A stretch of DNA of 63,739 nt, counting the filler, from Octopus bimaculoides (Eukaryota): the NCBI RefSeq assembly GCF_001194135.2. It is 7 parts of 6 records of this genome, joined end to end, with 100 filler letters (N's around TTAATTAATTAA, not from the genome) between each part and the next. Parts side by side here need not be neighbours in the genome. Positions count along the whole stretch, not along the records: positions 1 to 26,183 come from NC_068991.1; 6 more parts are not named here. One strand, written 5' to 3'. Below the pieces are notes generated by a model. That model was not told where the DNA came from, did no database searches, and saw only the letters and a list, made by a program, of their open reading frames with translations. The stretch's first letter is position 1, and each line of letters opens with the position of its first letter. A program made the position numbers and the translations under genes. Of this stretch, positions 1-12,769 are shown in pieces.

Positions 1-54
<54 letters not shown>

Positions 55-399
55 TACAAATATATACACATACATATACACAAACATATATACACACATA
101 TATATATATATATATACATATATATAGATATGTAAGTATGTATATGTTCAAATGTGATGAATGTGTGTGCAGTTTCAAACATACATGTGTATAAAGTCAG
201 ATAATTACTCACACACGTGCATGCACACACACAAAAAAATACACACAAAGAACAAAACACAAACATATTAGATCATATTAGATCAATGAAGCCTGAAAAA
301 TGCATAGTTATTGTAGAGTGGTTGATGCGAATTATTGGAGAGCAGCAAGGGGCGGGGGTAAAAAAATCAATAACATTGATGTGATCATTATTGAACAGC

Positions 400-618
400 G
401 TTCAATAAATGAATTAGTAGTAGTATTAGTGATGGTGGTGGTAGTGGTAGTGGAGGTGGTGGTAGTAGTATTACCAGCAGCAGCAGCAGTAGTAGTAGTA
501 ATAGTAGTAGTAGTAGTGACTGTGGTGATGATGGTGGTAGTGGAGGTGGTGGTAGTAGTAGAAGTGGTGGTGGGAGCAGTAAAGGTGCTGGTTGTCGTGG
601 TTGTAATCATAGTAGTCA

Positions 619-649
<31 letters not shown>

Positions 650-1000
650 CGTAGTAGTAGTAGTAGTAGTAGTAGTAATTATAGTAGGAATAGTGGTGGT
701 GGTGATGAAAGTAGTGGTGGTGGTAGTAGCAGTAGTGGTGGTAGAGGTGATGGTGATAACAGCAACTGAAGCAGCATCAGTAGTAGCAGCAGCAGTAGTA
801 NNNNNNNNNNCAGTAGCAGTAGTGGTGGTAGAGGTGATGGTGATAACAGCAACTGAAGCAGCATCAGTAGTAGCAGCAGCAGTAGTAGTAGTAGTAGTAG
901 CAGCGGCAGCAGTAGTTGTAGTAGTAATAGTGTTGATGGTGGTGGTAGTGGTGGTGGTGGTGGAGGCTAGGATAACAATGGAGGTTTTAATTGAATGACG
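400..1000. repeat. Compound trinucleotide microsatellite (GTA/GTG/GCA)n
   Basis: Seen directly; source of the poly-Val and poly-Thr ORFs in the track. Confidence 0.95.
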
Positions 1001-1229
1001 ACCAGAGGAGGCTTGGGAAAACAGCCAGGCAAAGTGTGGTGCAAGTGTTGAAGTGGTGTAGTGATGTGGTGGTATATGATGTAGTAGTAGTGTGGTGTAG
1101 GTGTGTTGTGGTTTCGCCACAGTGCTGCACGGTGTTGTAGCTCTGTGGTATAGTGTTGTGTAGTGTGGTGTAACGGTGCGGTGAGTGTTTGCTTGCTTTG
1201 TGTAGTTTTGCAGAATTTATAACAGCACC

Positions 1230-1700
1230 CTGTAAGAGAGAGAGGGGGGGTAGGGAGAATAGAGAGAGGGGGAAGAAAGAGATAGAGGGGAAGAGAGAGA
1301 GTGGTGAGTCAAAGAGAGAGTAGGAGGGGAGAGACAGATACAGAGAAAAGGGGAGAGGAAGAGAGAGGGTGAGGGGGAAAAGAGATAGAGAGAGAGAGAA
1401 AGGGCAAGAGAGGGAGAGAAAAAGGGATGTGGAGACAGAAAGAATGCAGGAGGGAGAGAGAGAGAGGGAGAGAGAGAGAGAAAATGAGAGACAAAGAGAG
1501 ATAAGCAGACAAACAGAAGAAGGGAAAGGGAGAGCAAAAGGAGGAAAGGTGGGAGGTTAGGGAGAGGCAGGAGGTAGAAAAGGAGAGGGAGAGATAGAAA
1601 GAAAGAGGGAGAGAGAAAATAAAGGTGAGAGAGGGAGTGAGAGAGAGGGAGGGAGAGAGAGAGAAAGGGAGAAAGAGAGAGTGATCGATGGCTGGTGATT
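1230..1700. repeat. Polypurine (GA)-rich low-complexity tract
   Basis: About 470 nt almost entirely G/A on the plus strand. Confidence 0.9.
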
Positions 1701-1809
1701 AACATCAGAAGAAATGTCTTGGAAGAAATGCAGGAATGAAAGACGTATAAATGTGAATTAATGGTTAAAAAAGGGATCAACAAGGAATCCATATTCTGTT
1801 CATTAAGTA

Positions 1810-1847
<38 letters not shown>

Positions 1848-2179
1848 TCACGCAGAGAGTGCAAACTTCTGCCAAGGCAACACCAGCAGTTAGCCAGAGA
1901 TGATTTTTTAAATGAGAATATCTGAAATAAACTTGACTGCTCTCACAAATGAGAATACTAAAAATGAACCTGACCGCTCTCAAAAATTAAGTTAAAAAAA
2001 CCGGAAAAATAATCCAGAATCCTTGTCCAGTACTGGATTGATCCTAAAATCTGATCAGTTCATGCCAGTCACGGGGCCAAACATCGCTGAAAGTTTCATC
2101 TAAATCCATTCAGCAGTTCTTGGGATATCTTGTTCATAGTCAAACAAACAGACAAATGCAATGGAGACTATAAAGCGAT

Positions 2180-2570
2180 GATCAGCAGAAAGGGACACAA
2201 CTGGCATTCTGCATGCAAAAGTTCATCCAACAACACAGGACAAGGTGATGGTAGATCTGAGCAAGGGAATCCAGGTTTTGGCAAGAAAGATGGATGTTGA
2301 GTTGCCACTGTGAAGCTGACTCTGAAGAAAGATCTTTGCTACCACTTGTCCCAAATTCTGACAGCCAAGGTCAAGGAGAACTGGTTGATGAAGTCAAAGA
2401 AGCTTCTGAACAAACTGAAGAATCCTGTTGACCTTGGGACGATCTGGTTTTTTTCTCAGATGACAAGAATTTCTTCAAGGACCAGATGCACAACACACAG
2501 AACAGCTGATGTCCCACATACCATGACAACCAAGTTCTCCTAAACTGTGATAAACTTTGGATGTATCTTA
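2180..2570 (+). mobile_element. IS630-Tc1-mariner transposase fragment (possibly maT/DD37D-like)
   Basis: Frameshifted QILTAKVKENWLMKSKKLLNKLK...WFFSDDKNF..DQMHNTQNS...MTTKFS*TVINFGCI, with the first catalytic Asp in the FSD context. Confidence 0.6.
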
Positions 2571-2619
2571 GACCAGAACCCTGTCCTGAAGGCTTATAAC
2601 AGAGACGATTCTGCTAAAG

Positions 2620-2914
2620 CAGGGGTTTTCAAACTGTGGTCCCTGGACCACAGGGGGTCCGCAAGGACAAGACAGGGGGTCCGTGGACAGCAAATACTTT
2701 TTATGAGCAATTTGATTTTATATATGTTTTTTAATCGAAATCTTTTAATTGACAATAAACCTATTTGTTAAATACTGTTAAATAAATAAATGTAAAAATA
2801 TGTTATTTTAAGCAAATATTTATGTATAAATTTCGTAAGCGTTTATAAGGGGGTCCCTAAGGTAAAGCCTGAAATATAAAGGGGTCCGCAAGTCAAAAAG
2901 TTTGAAAACCCCTG
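2620..2914. mobile_element. hAT-type non-autonomous element (MITE) with intact 8-bp TSD
   Basis: TIRs caggggttttcaaact / agtttgaaaacccctg; identical 8-bp flanks tgctaaag at 2612-2619 and 2915-2922; internal ggggtcc subterminal repeats. Confidence 0.9.
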
Positions 2915-4127
2915 TGCTAAAGTCACCCAAGGCCTTAATGATGGAGCTAAATCACATGATGAATTAAGTCTGACACATAAGCAAAAGAACAGCTCTGGAG
3001 ACAAACTTCCTTACAGCACTGTCTACTGAATTATCGTCCCACAGCTTTGACCCAAGATTATGTAAGAAGGCAGTTACCTAAGGTTATACATAGTGAAACT
3101 GACCAGAAAACTACATGGATGTGAAACAAAATTCTGAACCACATAGCCATGCCTACACCCATACCAAGGAGTACAGGCTTCATGGACCAGACTGCATTGC
3201 TTGAAAGGCGTTACATGAAAATGAACACTTTTATGAGTATTCAAAGCTACTCCATGACATATGGGACTATGCTTACTCATTCACACAGAATATTGTAGAG
3301 ACCATAATGAAATCAGCTTGAAATGAAATTACATAAAAAAAAAATCAATGAAAATTAGTTCAAATAAGGAAAAAAAAAAAAAAAAAATTAATTAGAAAAA
3401 ATAATTAGAAATTAAAAAAAGGAGGAATTTCTGAAATGGATCAAAGCAAAGTAGATTTAATTGCATTTGAGAAAAGATTTCTTGAGAGGAATCAGACAAT
3501 AGTCATTGGCATAGTCATGTGATTAAAAAGTTCACATAACCTTGTTAAGAGTATATTGTGTTTATTTAAGTGGTTCCAAGTTCAATCTCACTGTACAGCA
3601 CCATGAGCATGGAATCTGAATGGAAACTGTAAGTCTGTTGATATGTATATTATCTAATGTATACGATATCTAAAATAAGAGTTACTAATAGTTTCTTGTC
3701 ACAGAGACACTGAGATCAGGTAAATTTATATAGCATGCCTTGTGTCTCCAAACAATCTTCAGTCAGTGTGCCCTGAACCTGAAGATAGCTTGGAGACACA
3801 AGACATGTGACATAAATCTGCCTAATCTCAGTGTCTCTATGGTAAGAAACTATTAGTATACATACATACATATATATATGTATACTAGCAATTCTTATAT
3901 GTATACTAAGCAATTCAACAAATAGAAATCAATAAAAATATTTATCAAATTGAGAAGTATGCTGGGGTCAATGTGATTAACTATAAACCTGTCACTTACA
4001 TGCCTTGGAAACTGGATCAGGCTTTGGCCTTGCGAGTCCTGAGTCCTAGGGCTCATAAGAGACGTCAATAACAGTGAAAGACCCTTAAAAGTTGATTTTG
4101 AAAGGGATTCAGATTTGACAAAAGTGG

Positions 4128-4169
<42 letters not shown>

Positions 4170-5769
4170 TAGAGAGAAAGAGTAAGGCACAAAGATAAAC
4201 ATGGTTGCAGCCTGATGAATGAAACTAATAAAAGACTATTAATGACAGTCAAAGAGAAGACGAAGATGACCAGCTGGCAAAATCGTTAGCATGCCAGGCA
4301 AAAATTCCTTTGATTTGCATCTACATGATTAGGATCAACCTGGGACTAAGCAACAGGAATAGGAAGAGAAGAAGGCACACAGACAAACAAACAAGAGAGC
4401 TTCTTATGTAGTCATTAGACATGCTAGAAATGGCAGCCAAATTTCCTTTAAATCGCACGTTACTATCTTTAAAAGGAGGTTCCACTGTACAGTGCAGATC
4501 TCGATATAATACTATGAATGAAATTAAGATGAGATGGTCATGGCTGGAATGCTTCTAACAACAGGTCTACTCACTCAAAGCTGGTTAGGCAGAAGATAAA
4601 ACAACAAGTAGGCAGACAGACAGTCACAGACAGACAGACAGACAGACAGACATTGCTACATATTTGTTTGACTCGCTAAAATGAAATTGCACCTTACTGT
4701 CGTGATGAAGGACACATTGGGTAATGTAGTCCAAGATAGTCTTAAACAAAGAGGATGGTCATGGTAGGGACACATTTAACCAAACCATAAACCTGCCAGT
4801 TCTGAATTCTGAACTGATCTGGAGTTAAAGAGCTGCCATTGCCGTCACCACCACTGCCACCACCACCACCACCATATCCATCACTGTCACCACTGCTGCC
4901 ACCACCACCACAACCACCACCACCCTACCACTATCACTGCTATACATCATTAATTTGTAGCTCAAAGTATTGTTCTATCTTAAACTTTCCTCATCCATTT
5001 CTTTGGTGATGATATCACAATGCATTTTCCACTCCAAAGCACGCTTCCATATTCTTTTAATTTCACAGCATTCACAATCTACTTTTAACTCCAAAACCAT
5101 CTCCTGGGCTTATCCAGATTGGATATAATGTGCCAATCTTATTAAAAGATTTCTGATATGAATTCTCAAAGACAATTATCTTTGCTATATAAGATCTTCT
5201 GCTAATAATTCTATCTGTCTCTAGCAACGTAAATTATATTGGGCTTTATAAAATATTGATTGATATTATACTGGAAGATACTTTGAGACATAAACTTCAT
5301 CATTAAAATTAAAGAAACACTATTTTGGTAAGACTGTCAAAGGATACAAAATATCCCCCCCCCCCNNNNNNNNNNNNNNNNNNNNNNNNNNNNNNNNNNN
5401 NNNNNNNNNNNNNNNNNNNNNNNNNNNNNNNNNNNNNNNNNNNNNNNNNNNNNNNNNNNNNNNNNNNNNNNNNNNNNNNNNNNNNNNNNNNNNNNNNNNN
5501 NNNNNNNNNNNNNNNNNNNNNNNNNNNNNNNNNNNNNNNNNNNNNNNNNNNNNNNNNNNNNNNNNNNNNNNNNNNNNNNNNNNNNNNNNNNNNNNNNNNN
5601 NNNNNNNNNNNNNNNNNNNNNNNNNNNNNNNNNNNNNNNNNNNNNNNNNNNNNNNNNNNNNNNNNNNNNNNNNNNNNNNNNNNNGTATTTCATTTCCATA
5701 ATTAGTATACAAAACTTAATCCACATACCAAATTTGAAACAACTGGAACAAAATTCTAAACAGTGATGA

Positions 5770-6040
5770 AAACCACAAAGATCCAAGGTCACTTCAACTA
5801 TCTGAGCTTGTCTTTCTGCTACTGTAAAAACCTGTCTCTTGTCTCTCCTGTTATGAGAGTTGGTCTCTGCAGCTATCAGAACTGTTCTCTGCCAGCATCA
5901 GAGCTGGTCTCTTCTACTACCAGAGCTTGTTTCTGCCACTATTAGAGCAGGTCTCTTCAACTATCTGAGCTTGTCTTTCTGCTACTGTAAAAGTTTGTCT
6001 CTTGTCTATCCTGTTATAAGAGCTGGTCTTGCCAGATGAT
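5770..6040. repeat. Imperfect tandem/hierarchical repeat
   Basis: cttcaactatctgagcttgtctttctgctactgtaaaa occurs twice (about 5792 and 5955), with agagc/ttggtctct subunits between. Confidence 0.7.
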
Positions 6041-7707
6041 TTCATTGAGCTAATCTTTCTCTCTTATTTTTCTTCATCCTTCTGTTTCAGTGTTTCTTTT
6101 ATAATTTTTTGTTTCTTCTTTAATCTCTGACAGCAAGTATTTCCACTCCTTCGTCTCTTTCCATCTCTTCATATGAAAGATTTATCTTAAGTATGATGGA
6201 TCTCTAACTTTCAGGCTGGAGAAGTGGTTCCACAAGAAAGACATGAATGACAATTACACACACACACACACACACACACTCATGCGTGTATATATGTATA
6301 CACATACACATTCGTGTATATATGTATACACACACACACACACACATATACAAACAAATAGACATGTATATATATACACATATATATATATATTGATGAT
6401 GATGATGATAATAAAGACGAAGAAAAAATCAAAGAATTCAAAGAAATAAAATACACCCAACCCCACTCCTTTCCCCATTCCCTGATATATAATAGTTTAT
6501 AAACAGCAAAGACTGTAATTTGCTGCTGGCTAATGATATCTGCAGCGGTGTCTGTTATATATTTTCTCATCCTTCAACAATAAAGTAAATCTTTAGCTTC
6601 CTAACAAGCAATATACTTGAGGTTTCAGTTTAAAAATTACATCAAGGACAAAAGAATAATCTTGACCGCAGGTGTTAGACCTTCATCTGTTACCCAGACG
6701 ACGTTGTTGTTGTAATTTAGCCCAAGGTCTATGTAGAGCCATCTTAGCAGCGTTATAGGCCCCAGTACAAACCTATACATTGGGCCCTATTGTATTTACT
6801 TATTGACTGCAAGCCACAACATATATATAAATCATAACAGGGTCCCTAGACCCATGGGGCCCCTGGGCATTTTCCTAGTAAGCCCACATCTTAAGACAGC
6901 AACTGGACTACACCATTATCCATTGTAGTGGAGGTGCATGGCTTAGTGGTTAGGGTGTTGGACTTGTGATTGGAAGATTGTGGTTTCAGTTCCTGGACGG
7001 GGTAATGTGTTGTGTTGCTGAGTAAAACACTTCATTTCATGTTGCTCCAGTCCATTCCAGTCCATTTTTATGAGTAATCCTGTGACAAACTGGCGTCACA
7101 TCCTTCATTTGCTTGAAAGTAGCAGGCATTCAGTTTAAACACGAGGCCTAATATGTAACTTAGTTTCCACCTACCAAATTCACAGACAAGGCATTGGTTG
7201 GTGTAGGGTTATAGAGACTGAACCTGAAACCACATGATTGCTAAGTGAGCTTCTTAACCACAAATCCATGCCTGCACTGATTGCAATTACTTTATATTTA
7301 TGGAAACACATGTAGTGTTTATCTCCACCACCATTCTTATAAACAAGGATGGCATTCATTATGAGTACCGCAGGGATTAGGAAGCAATCAATTACTATGA
7401 AGTAATGTTAAACCAAGGAAGATTCTGTTCCAAAAGAGTTGAATAATATTTGGATAGTTAATGAAAGGAATTAATGACTCAATTAAATGTGATAAATATG
7501 GAAAAAGAGAAAAAAGAAAGAAAAAAGGGAAATCACATAGGCTAATAATAATAATAGTAATAATAATATTCTCTAGAATACTATGTGCAAAACCAAATAT
7601 ATGACATCCTAGGCATAACACCAACATGAACTTCTAACTTGTTGTCTCTTGAGGTCTCTGGATGAGACTTGGAGTCAACTTGTACAAATGCAAAGCAAAA
7701 GTCAAAC

Positions 7708-7759
<52 letters not shown>

Positions 7760-8283
7760 CCTCCTCCTCCTCCTCTTCCTCCTCCCCAAAATGTCAAATG
7801 AATATCATATAATAGATATTTTTTGTGGCTACAGGGAGAAAGTATTCCAAGGGATGGAGTTTATTCTGTAACAGTGATTTCTAAATCTGAATATGTGCCA
7901 TTAGGGTATGATCATACAATGTCTCAGAGGATCTCTCATGAGGTAAGACTATCACTGATTCAAATAAGATGTTGGTAGATAATAAAAAGGATGAATTTAG
8001 TAAGGTTGTCATTGAAACAGTCACTTGAAGGTCCAAAGTGGGCCATTGAAGGTTGGTGTACCATCTTCATCATTTCAAAACTATTTTTTGAGCAGTTTTC
8101 TTTTTAATCATTCATGTGGCTCCAGGATTGGTCTCACTAGCCATGAGTGAACTCATTAATGAGTATGATGGGGAGAAGACATCATGATTCTGTCAGCATG
8201 GATTGATCCTTAAGCTAAGCTAATGACATACACAATAACCTGTGCCAGAACATTTGGCTCAAATTAAACGACCATTCCTTAAA

Positions 8284-8314
<31 letters not shown>

Positions 8315-8325
8315 TGTATTTATAT

Positions 8326-8540
8326 ACTCTTTACTCTTTTACTCTTTTACTTGTTTCAGTCTTTTGACTGCGGCCATGCTGGAGCACCGCCTTTAGTCGA
8401 GGAAATCGACCCCAGGACTTATTCTTCGGATGCCTAGTACTTATTCTATCGGTCTCTTTTGCCGAACCGCTAAGTTATGGGGACGTAAACACACCACCAT
8501 CGGTTGTCAAGCGATGTTGGGGGTACAAACACACAAACAT

Positions 8541-8577
<37 letters not shown>

Positions 8578-8760
8578 CATATATATACATATATACGACG
8601 GTCTTCTTTCAGTTTCCGTCTACCAAATCCACTCACAAGGCTTTGGTCAGCCCGAGGCTACAGTAGAAGACACTTGCCCAAGGTGCCACGCAGTGCGACT
8701 GAACCCGAAACCATGTGGTTGGTAAGCAAGCTACTTGCCACACAGCCACTTCTGCGCCTA
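8326..8760 (-). mobile_element. tRNA-head SINE, family A
   Basis: Head tggctgtgtgg (A box) and gggttcagtc (B box), internal microsatellite, tail gtaaaagagta. Other copies at about 7130-7280, 15324-15715, 18660-18790, 21525-21770, 23540-23610, 25356-25520, 26555-26760, 40030-40180, 52400-52480 and 60820-60870. Confidence 0.85.
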
Positions 8761-9304
8761 TAACTACATATATATATAACTACATCACACAACCACCCAC
8801 CTAATATAAACAACCCTACATATATCATATACAAAGTTGTTTATATTAGGTAGGTTCTCGTATGATACAGTTTTAAAAGTGAAAATACATTGTGTGAAAT
8901 CTCAGTGTATGTTACAAGAAGACAATGTTATTGTATATGTTAATTTACACCTTACTCTACTGTAATTAGCTAATGGACCAGTGCAATGACCTTTAATGTT
9001 ATTCTCACAATAGCTGTGTTTATTATAGTCATGACAGGTCTTGATTTCAATCTGTTAGCCATAAAACTAATAAAAAAAACAACTGTAGGTATTGCAGGTA
9101 AATGACAAACAACGACAGCTATACAATGATTTACATTAGTTAAGTGATTCCTGAAGCAACTTACTATATTTGATGGCATATAACACACACTTTTTTTCTC
9201 AAAACACTATCTCAAAGAATCAGCCTAGGTCTTAAATGTAAAGTTGGGCTTATATTGGTTTCAAATTGTGGCACAAAGCTAGTCTAATCTATTTTGCGAA
9301 TATA

Positions 9305-9343
<39 letters not shown>

Positions 9344-9940
9344 TGATGATGATGATGATGATAATGGTTTCAAATTTTGGCACAAAGCCACCAATTTCAA
9401 GTGAAAGGGGTAAGTCAATTATATCTATCTCAGTGCTCAACTGATACTTAAAGTCGACCTTGGTGGAATTAGAACTCAGAACATAAAGACTGACAAAATG
9501 CCACTAAGCATTTTGTCTGGTGTGCTAATGATTTTGTCAGAGATAAAAATGGTTGAGATTCCCTGATTTAACAAATGAAATACACATCACTGAGTCAAAT
9601 AGAGTAGCAATTTTGAAACTGACAAATACCACACCCCAACTCAAAAACAGTAGTGAAATTTCTTTTTTACTCAATCCTTTAAAATTTGCATTGATATAAT
9701 TCTTTTTTTTGGCATGGCATTGGATAAATTTGAAAAGTTTAAAACCATTTTAATTTCATCACATATGGTAATTTGTTTGTACCCCTATTCAGTCTTCACA
9801 GATGTTCTTCCTCTACCACCAACCCATCATGTGAAACACTGAGACAGGGGATCCATTAGAATGGTCATTCTGAAAGATAAACCAACCCAGACCTTTGACA
9901 AATTACTTTATAGAGGTTGTAAAGGAAATGATCAACTTAC

Positions 9941-10015
9941 AGCTCCATTACTAGGAAGACTCTCTGTTTGTCTTCAAACACATCCAAAAGTTGAACTATA
10001 TTCGGATGTTTTAAT
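9941..10015 (-). CDS. CAMK1: CaMKI next exon (subdomains IV-V)
   Basis: 75-nt exon between tttttgcag and gtaagt, phase 2/2. Encodes (R)LKHPNIVQLLDVFEDKQRVFLVME(L) and joins in frame to the 17275-17409 exon across a 7259-nt intron. Later kinase exons were not found in 1-9940, so they lie in a gap or beyond the window. Confidence 0.93.
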
Positions 10016-10368
10016 CTGCAAAAGAAATGGATAAACATATATTGAAATGGTTATCAAACAGGAGAAAAAAAAAACAAATAAAACTGGAAGGACTGCTAGA
10101 GCTTCAGATTAAGCATTCATTTTTGCCCATTTGTATTTTGAGTTCAAATACTAACAATGTCAAATATTGTCTTTAAAAAATAAAACACAATTCGTTAGTG
10201 AAGTTCATGGTGATATTGCTTTTAGAATATCATTTGTTGCTGTTGTAATTAATTAATTAATTAACTAATACATTACATACACTAGATACATACATATACA
10301 TTTGTATATGTATGTTTGTGCGTGTGTGTATCTATATGTAGATATATGTGTGTGTGTGTGTGTGTATG

Positions 10369-10434
<66 letters not shown>

Positions 10435-11489
10435 GAGGGAAAAGTAATGAAGAAATGTAAAGCAAAAGGCAACACAGGAGAGACAAGTTTTAACAAATAT
10501 TGTATTAGTTATAAACACTTGAAAATGAGAGAAAGAGTCTTAATGTTTTGGACACTGACTCTTCATCAGAAGGAAAGTATAAAAGGAAAACAAAGGGGAA
10601 AGATGAAAGAGAAAAAATGGTTGGAAAGAGAAAGATAAAACTGTGTAAGGTATTAGGGATAAGATGGGAATGTAGTTATATGGGAGAGAGTTAAGAAGGG
10701 AGAAAGGAACAGGTGCATGTGTGTATGTGAATGTATAGGAGTGTATCCATGTGTGTAGAAGTTTCCAAGTACAGAAGTATAGTGGTGTGGGTTAGTGAAG
10801 GTGTGGGGTGTTGGCGTGTGTGTGTAATCATTAACTGTGTCTGAGAAAAGTGTAAATGTGAGAAAGTGAAAGTAAGTATGAGTGTAAGGTAAAAGGGAAA
10901 GAAAGGGGGATGTGGAGGAATGATAGAAGTATATGTAGGGGTATGGGTGTCAGATGGTGTAATGTGGAGGAAAGTTATGGACAAGAGGGGAGAAAGAGTT
11001 CTGTGAGGGAAGTAAATTAGTGAGGTACATAGAGCAGCAAGAAGAAATCAATGGAGGTGAACATAACACATATAAATGAAAAGGAGAAAAAAGAAAGAAA
11101 GAGAGAAAAAATGTGGGGAAAATGGACAATCGAGTTCAATGAGATTAGAGAAATGATAGAAAATTAGGAGTAATATTAGAGAAAAATAATTGCAATAAAA
11201 CATTGATAAAAATAAATGAATAAAAATATAATATTGGCTGTGTACCAGGAGGTGCACATCTAGTGCAAAATCTGAAGAGATAGAATTGGCCACAGTGAAG
11301 CAGTGAAACTGAAAAACAAACGTTACTAAGATGATGATGCGCTTGGAAAAGTCAGACTATAGGGGTGTCAACATGTGATGGAGTTTAGGGTGATCCCTAA
11401 GTTAATTCAGTTTCTGATTTATTGAGCTGTAGCTTATTCTGTAACTGGAATAACCTGGACCTACAGTTCGGCACTAGTGTAATCTTGTC

Positions 11490-12592
11490 TCTTTAGTGCA
11501 GCTCCTTGCTTTTTGTAGTTGATGATGCTATGCCACTAGATTTGATTTTTGGAAAGAGGAAACAGTTACAAGGGGTCAGATCTGGGGATTATGGTGGCTG
11601 TCGGACCTAGGGAATGCTGTGCCTAGCCAAAAACTGTTGCAATAAGCTGTGTTGAATGAACAGGTGCATTGTCATGGTGCAATTGCCACTCACCGGATTC
11701 ATGCAATTATGGCTTTCCTGACAAATAGCATCCCACAAATGCTGCAAAATGTCACGGTAGCGGCCCTTGTTTACTGTCTGACCAGGTGGGGCATAGTCAT
11801 AATGAACAATCCCCTTGTAGTCAAAGAAAACGGTCAACAGTGTCTTCAGATTCATTTGTGCTTTCTTCAGTTTCAGAGAGATTGGAATCTTCCACTGCAA
11901 AGACAGAGTCATAGACCCATGATTCATCATCCATTATGACCATTTTCAAAAAGTCTTCATCATCCTCGACACAATCAAGGAGATCTTGTGCAACTGAAAC
12001 CCGAGTGTCTTTTTGGTCAGCTGAAAGCAGTTTTGGCACAGACTTGGCAGACACGTGTCTCATAACCAAATCTTCATTTGATGATGGACTGAACTGAACT
12101 GTAACTAATCTGCACATTCTCTGATAACTCAAGGATGGTGATTTGATGATTTTCCCCTCACAGCTGCATGCACATCTGCGATGTTTTTTCAGTTCTGCTG
12201 GTTGCAAGTTTCAGAATATTCGTCAACACTGACATTTTTTCAGCTATCTTGGAAACATCTGAACCACTCGTACACTTGTGTGCAGCTCATACACTCCTCT
12301 CTATACACTTTCTGTAATTTTGTGTAGGCTTCTGAGTAGGTATTGTTAAGCGTTTGGCAAAATTTGATGCAGATTCTCTGCTCAACTTCCTCTGTCATGG
12401 TCAATGCGATGATCACACACTACACAGATTCATTCCAAGCTCTGCTGCAAAGAGCAGAAATAAACCAGAGCATTAAAACTTAGCGTGCATGCACACCGGC
12501 TTTCAATGTTAATCTGTGCCAAGTAGCTTTACTCTGCATGCTTTAGCTTCATTATTATGTCAACAGTCTGGATACTTATTGATCAGACCACG
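11490..12592 (-). mobile_element. Degenerate mariner-family transposon in the CaMKI intron
   Basis: Transposase fragments VSAKSVPKLLSADQK, MDDESWVYD, VFFDYKGIVH and a PDLTPC (SPDLAP-like) motif. One terminus tacgtggtctgatcaataagtatcc at 12570-12594; the other end was not found. Confidence 0.85.
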
Positions 12593-12615
12593 TATATGTA
12601 TACACACATACACAC

Positions 12616-12769
12616 ATGAGAGGCCTGCTGAAAAGTTCCTGGCTTTAAGAGTATCAAGAAAGGCCTGGCTGGAGGTCCAACCTTCGGAGTTCTTTTACAG
12701 GGCCCTTTAGCTAATCCTGCTGTATTTTCTTTTACTCAAAACCAGGAACTTTTCAAGCACTTCCTCGTA
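12616..12769. mobile_element. Mariner-derived MITE (family M)
   Basis: Ends gaggcctgctgaaaagttcctggcttt ... aaaaccaggaacttttcaagcacttcctcgta are inverted repeats. Same family as 14479-14686, 42264-42357 and a half copy at about 17545-17585. Confidence 0.75.

Noticed and set aside
300-1120. Long poly-Val (plus) and mucin-like poly-Thr (minus) ORFs
   Set aside because: Translation of a compound GTA/GTG/GCA microsatellite spanning an N gap; no splice sites or domain.
4990-5330. Penelope GIY-YIG-like peptide (KLYWAL..YTGRYFET)
   Set aside because: Too many stops and too little similarity to support by eye; the same applies to weak LINE-like peptides at 16420-16800 and 52150-52350.
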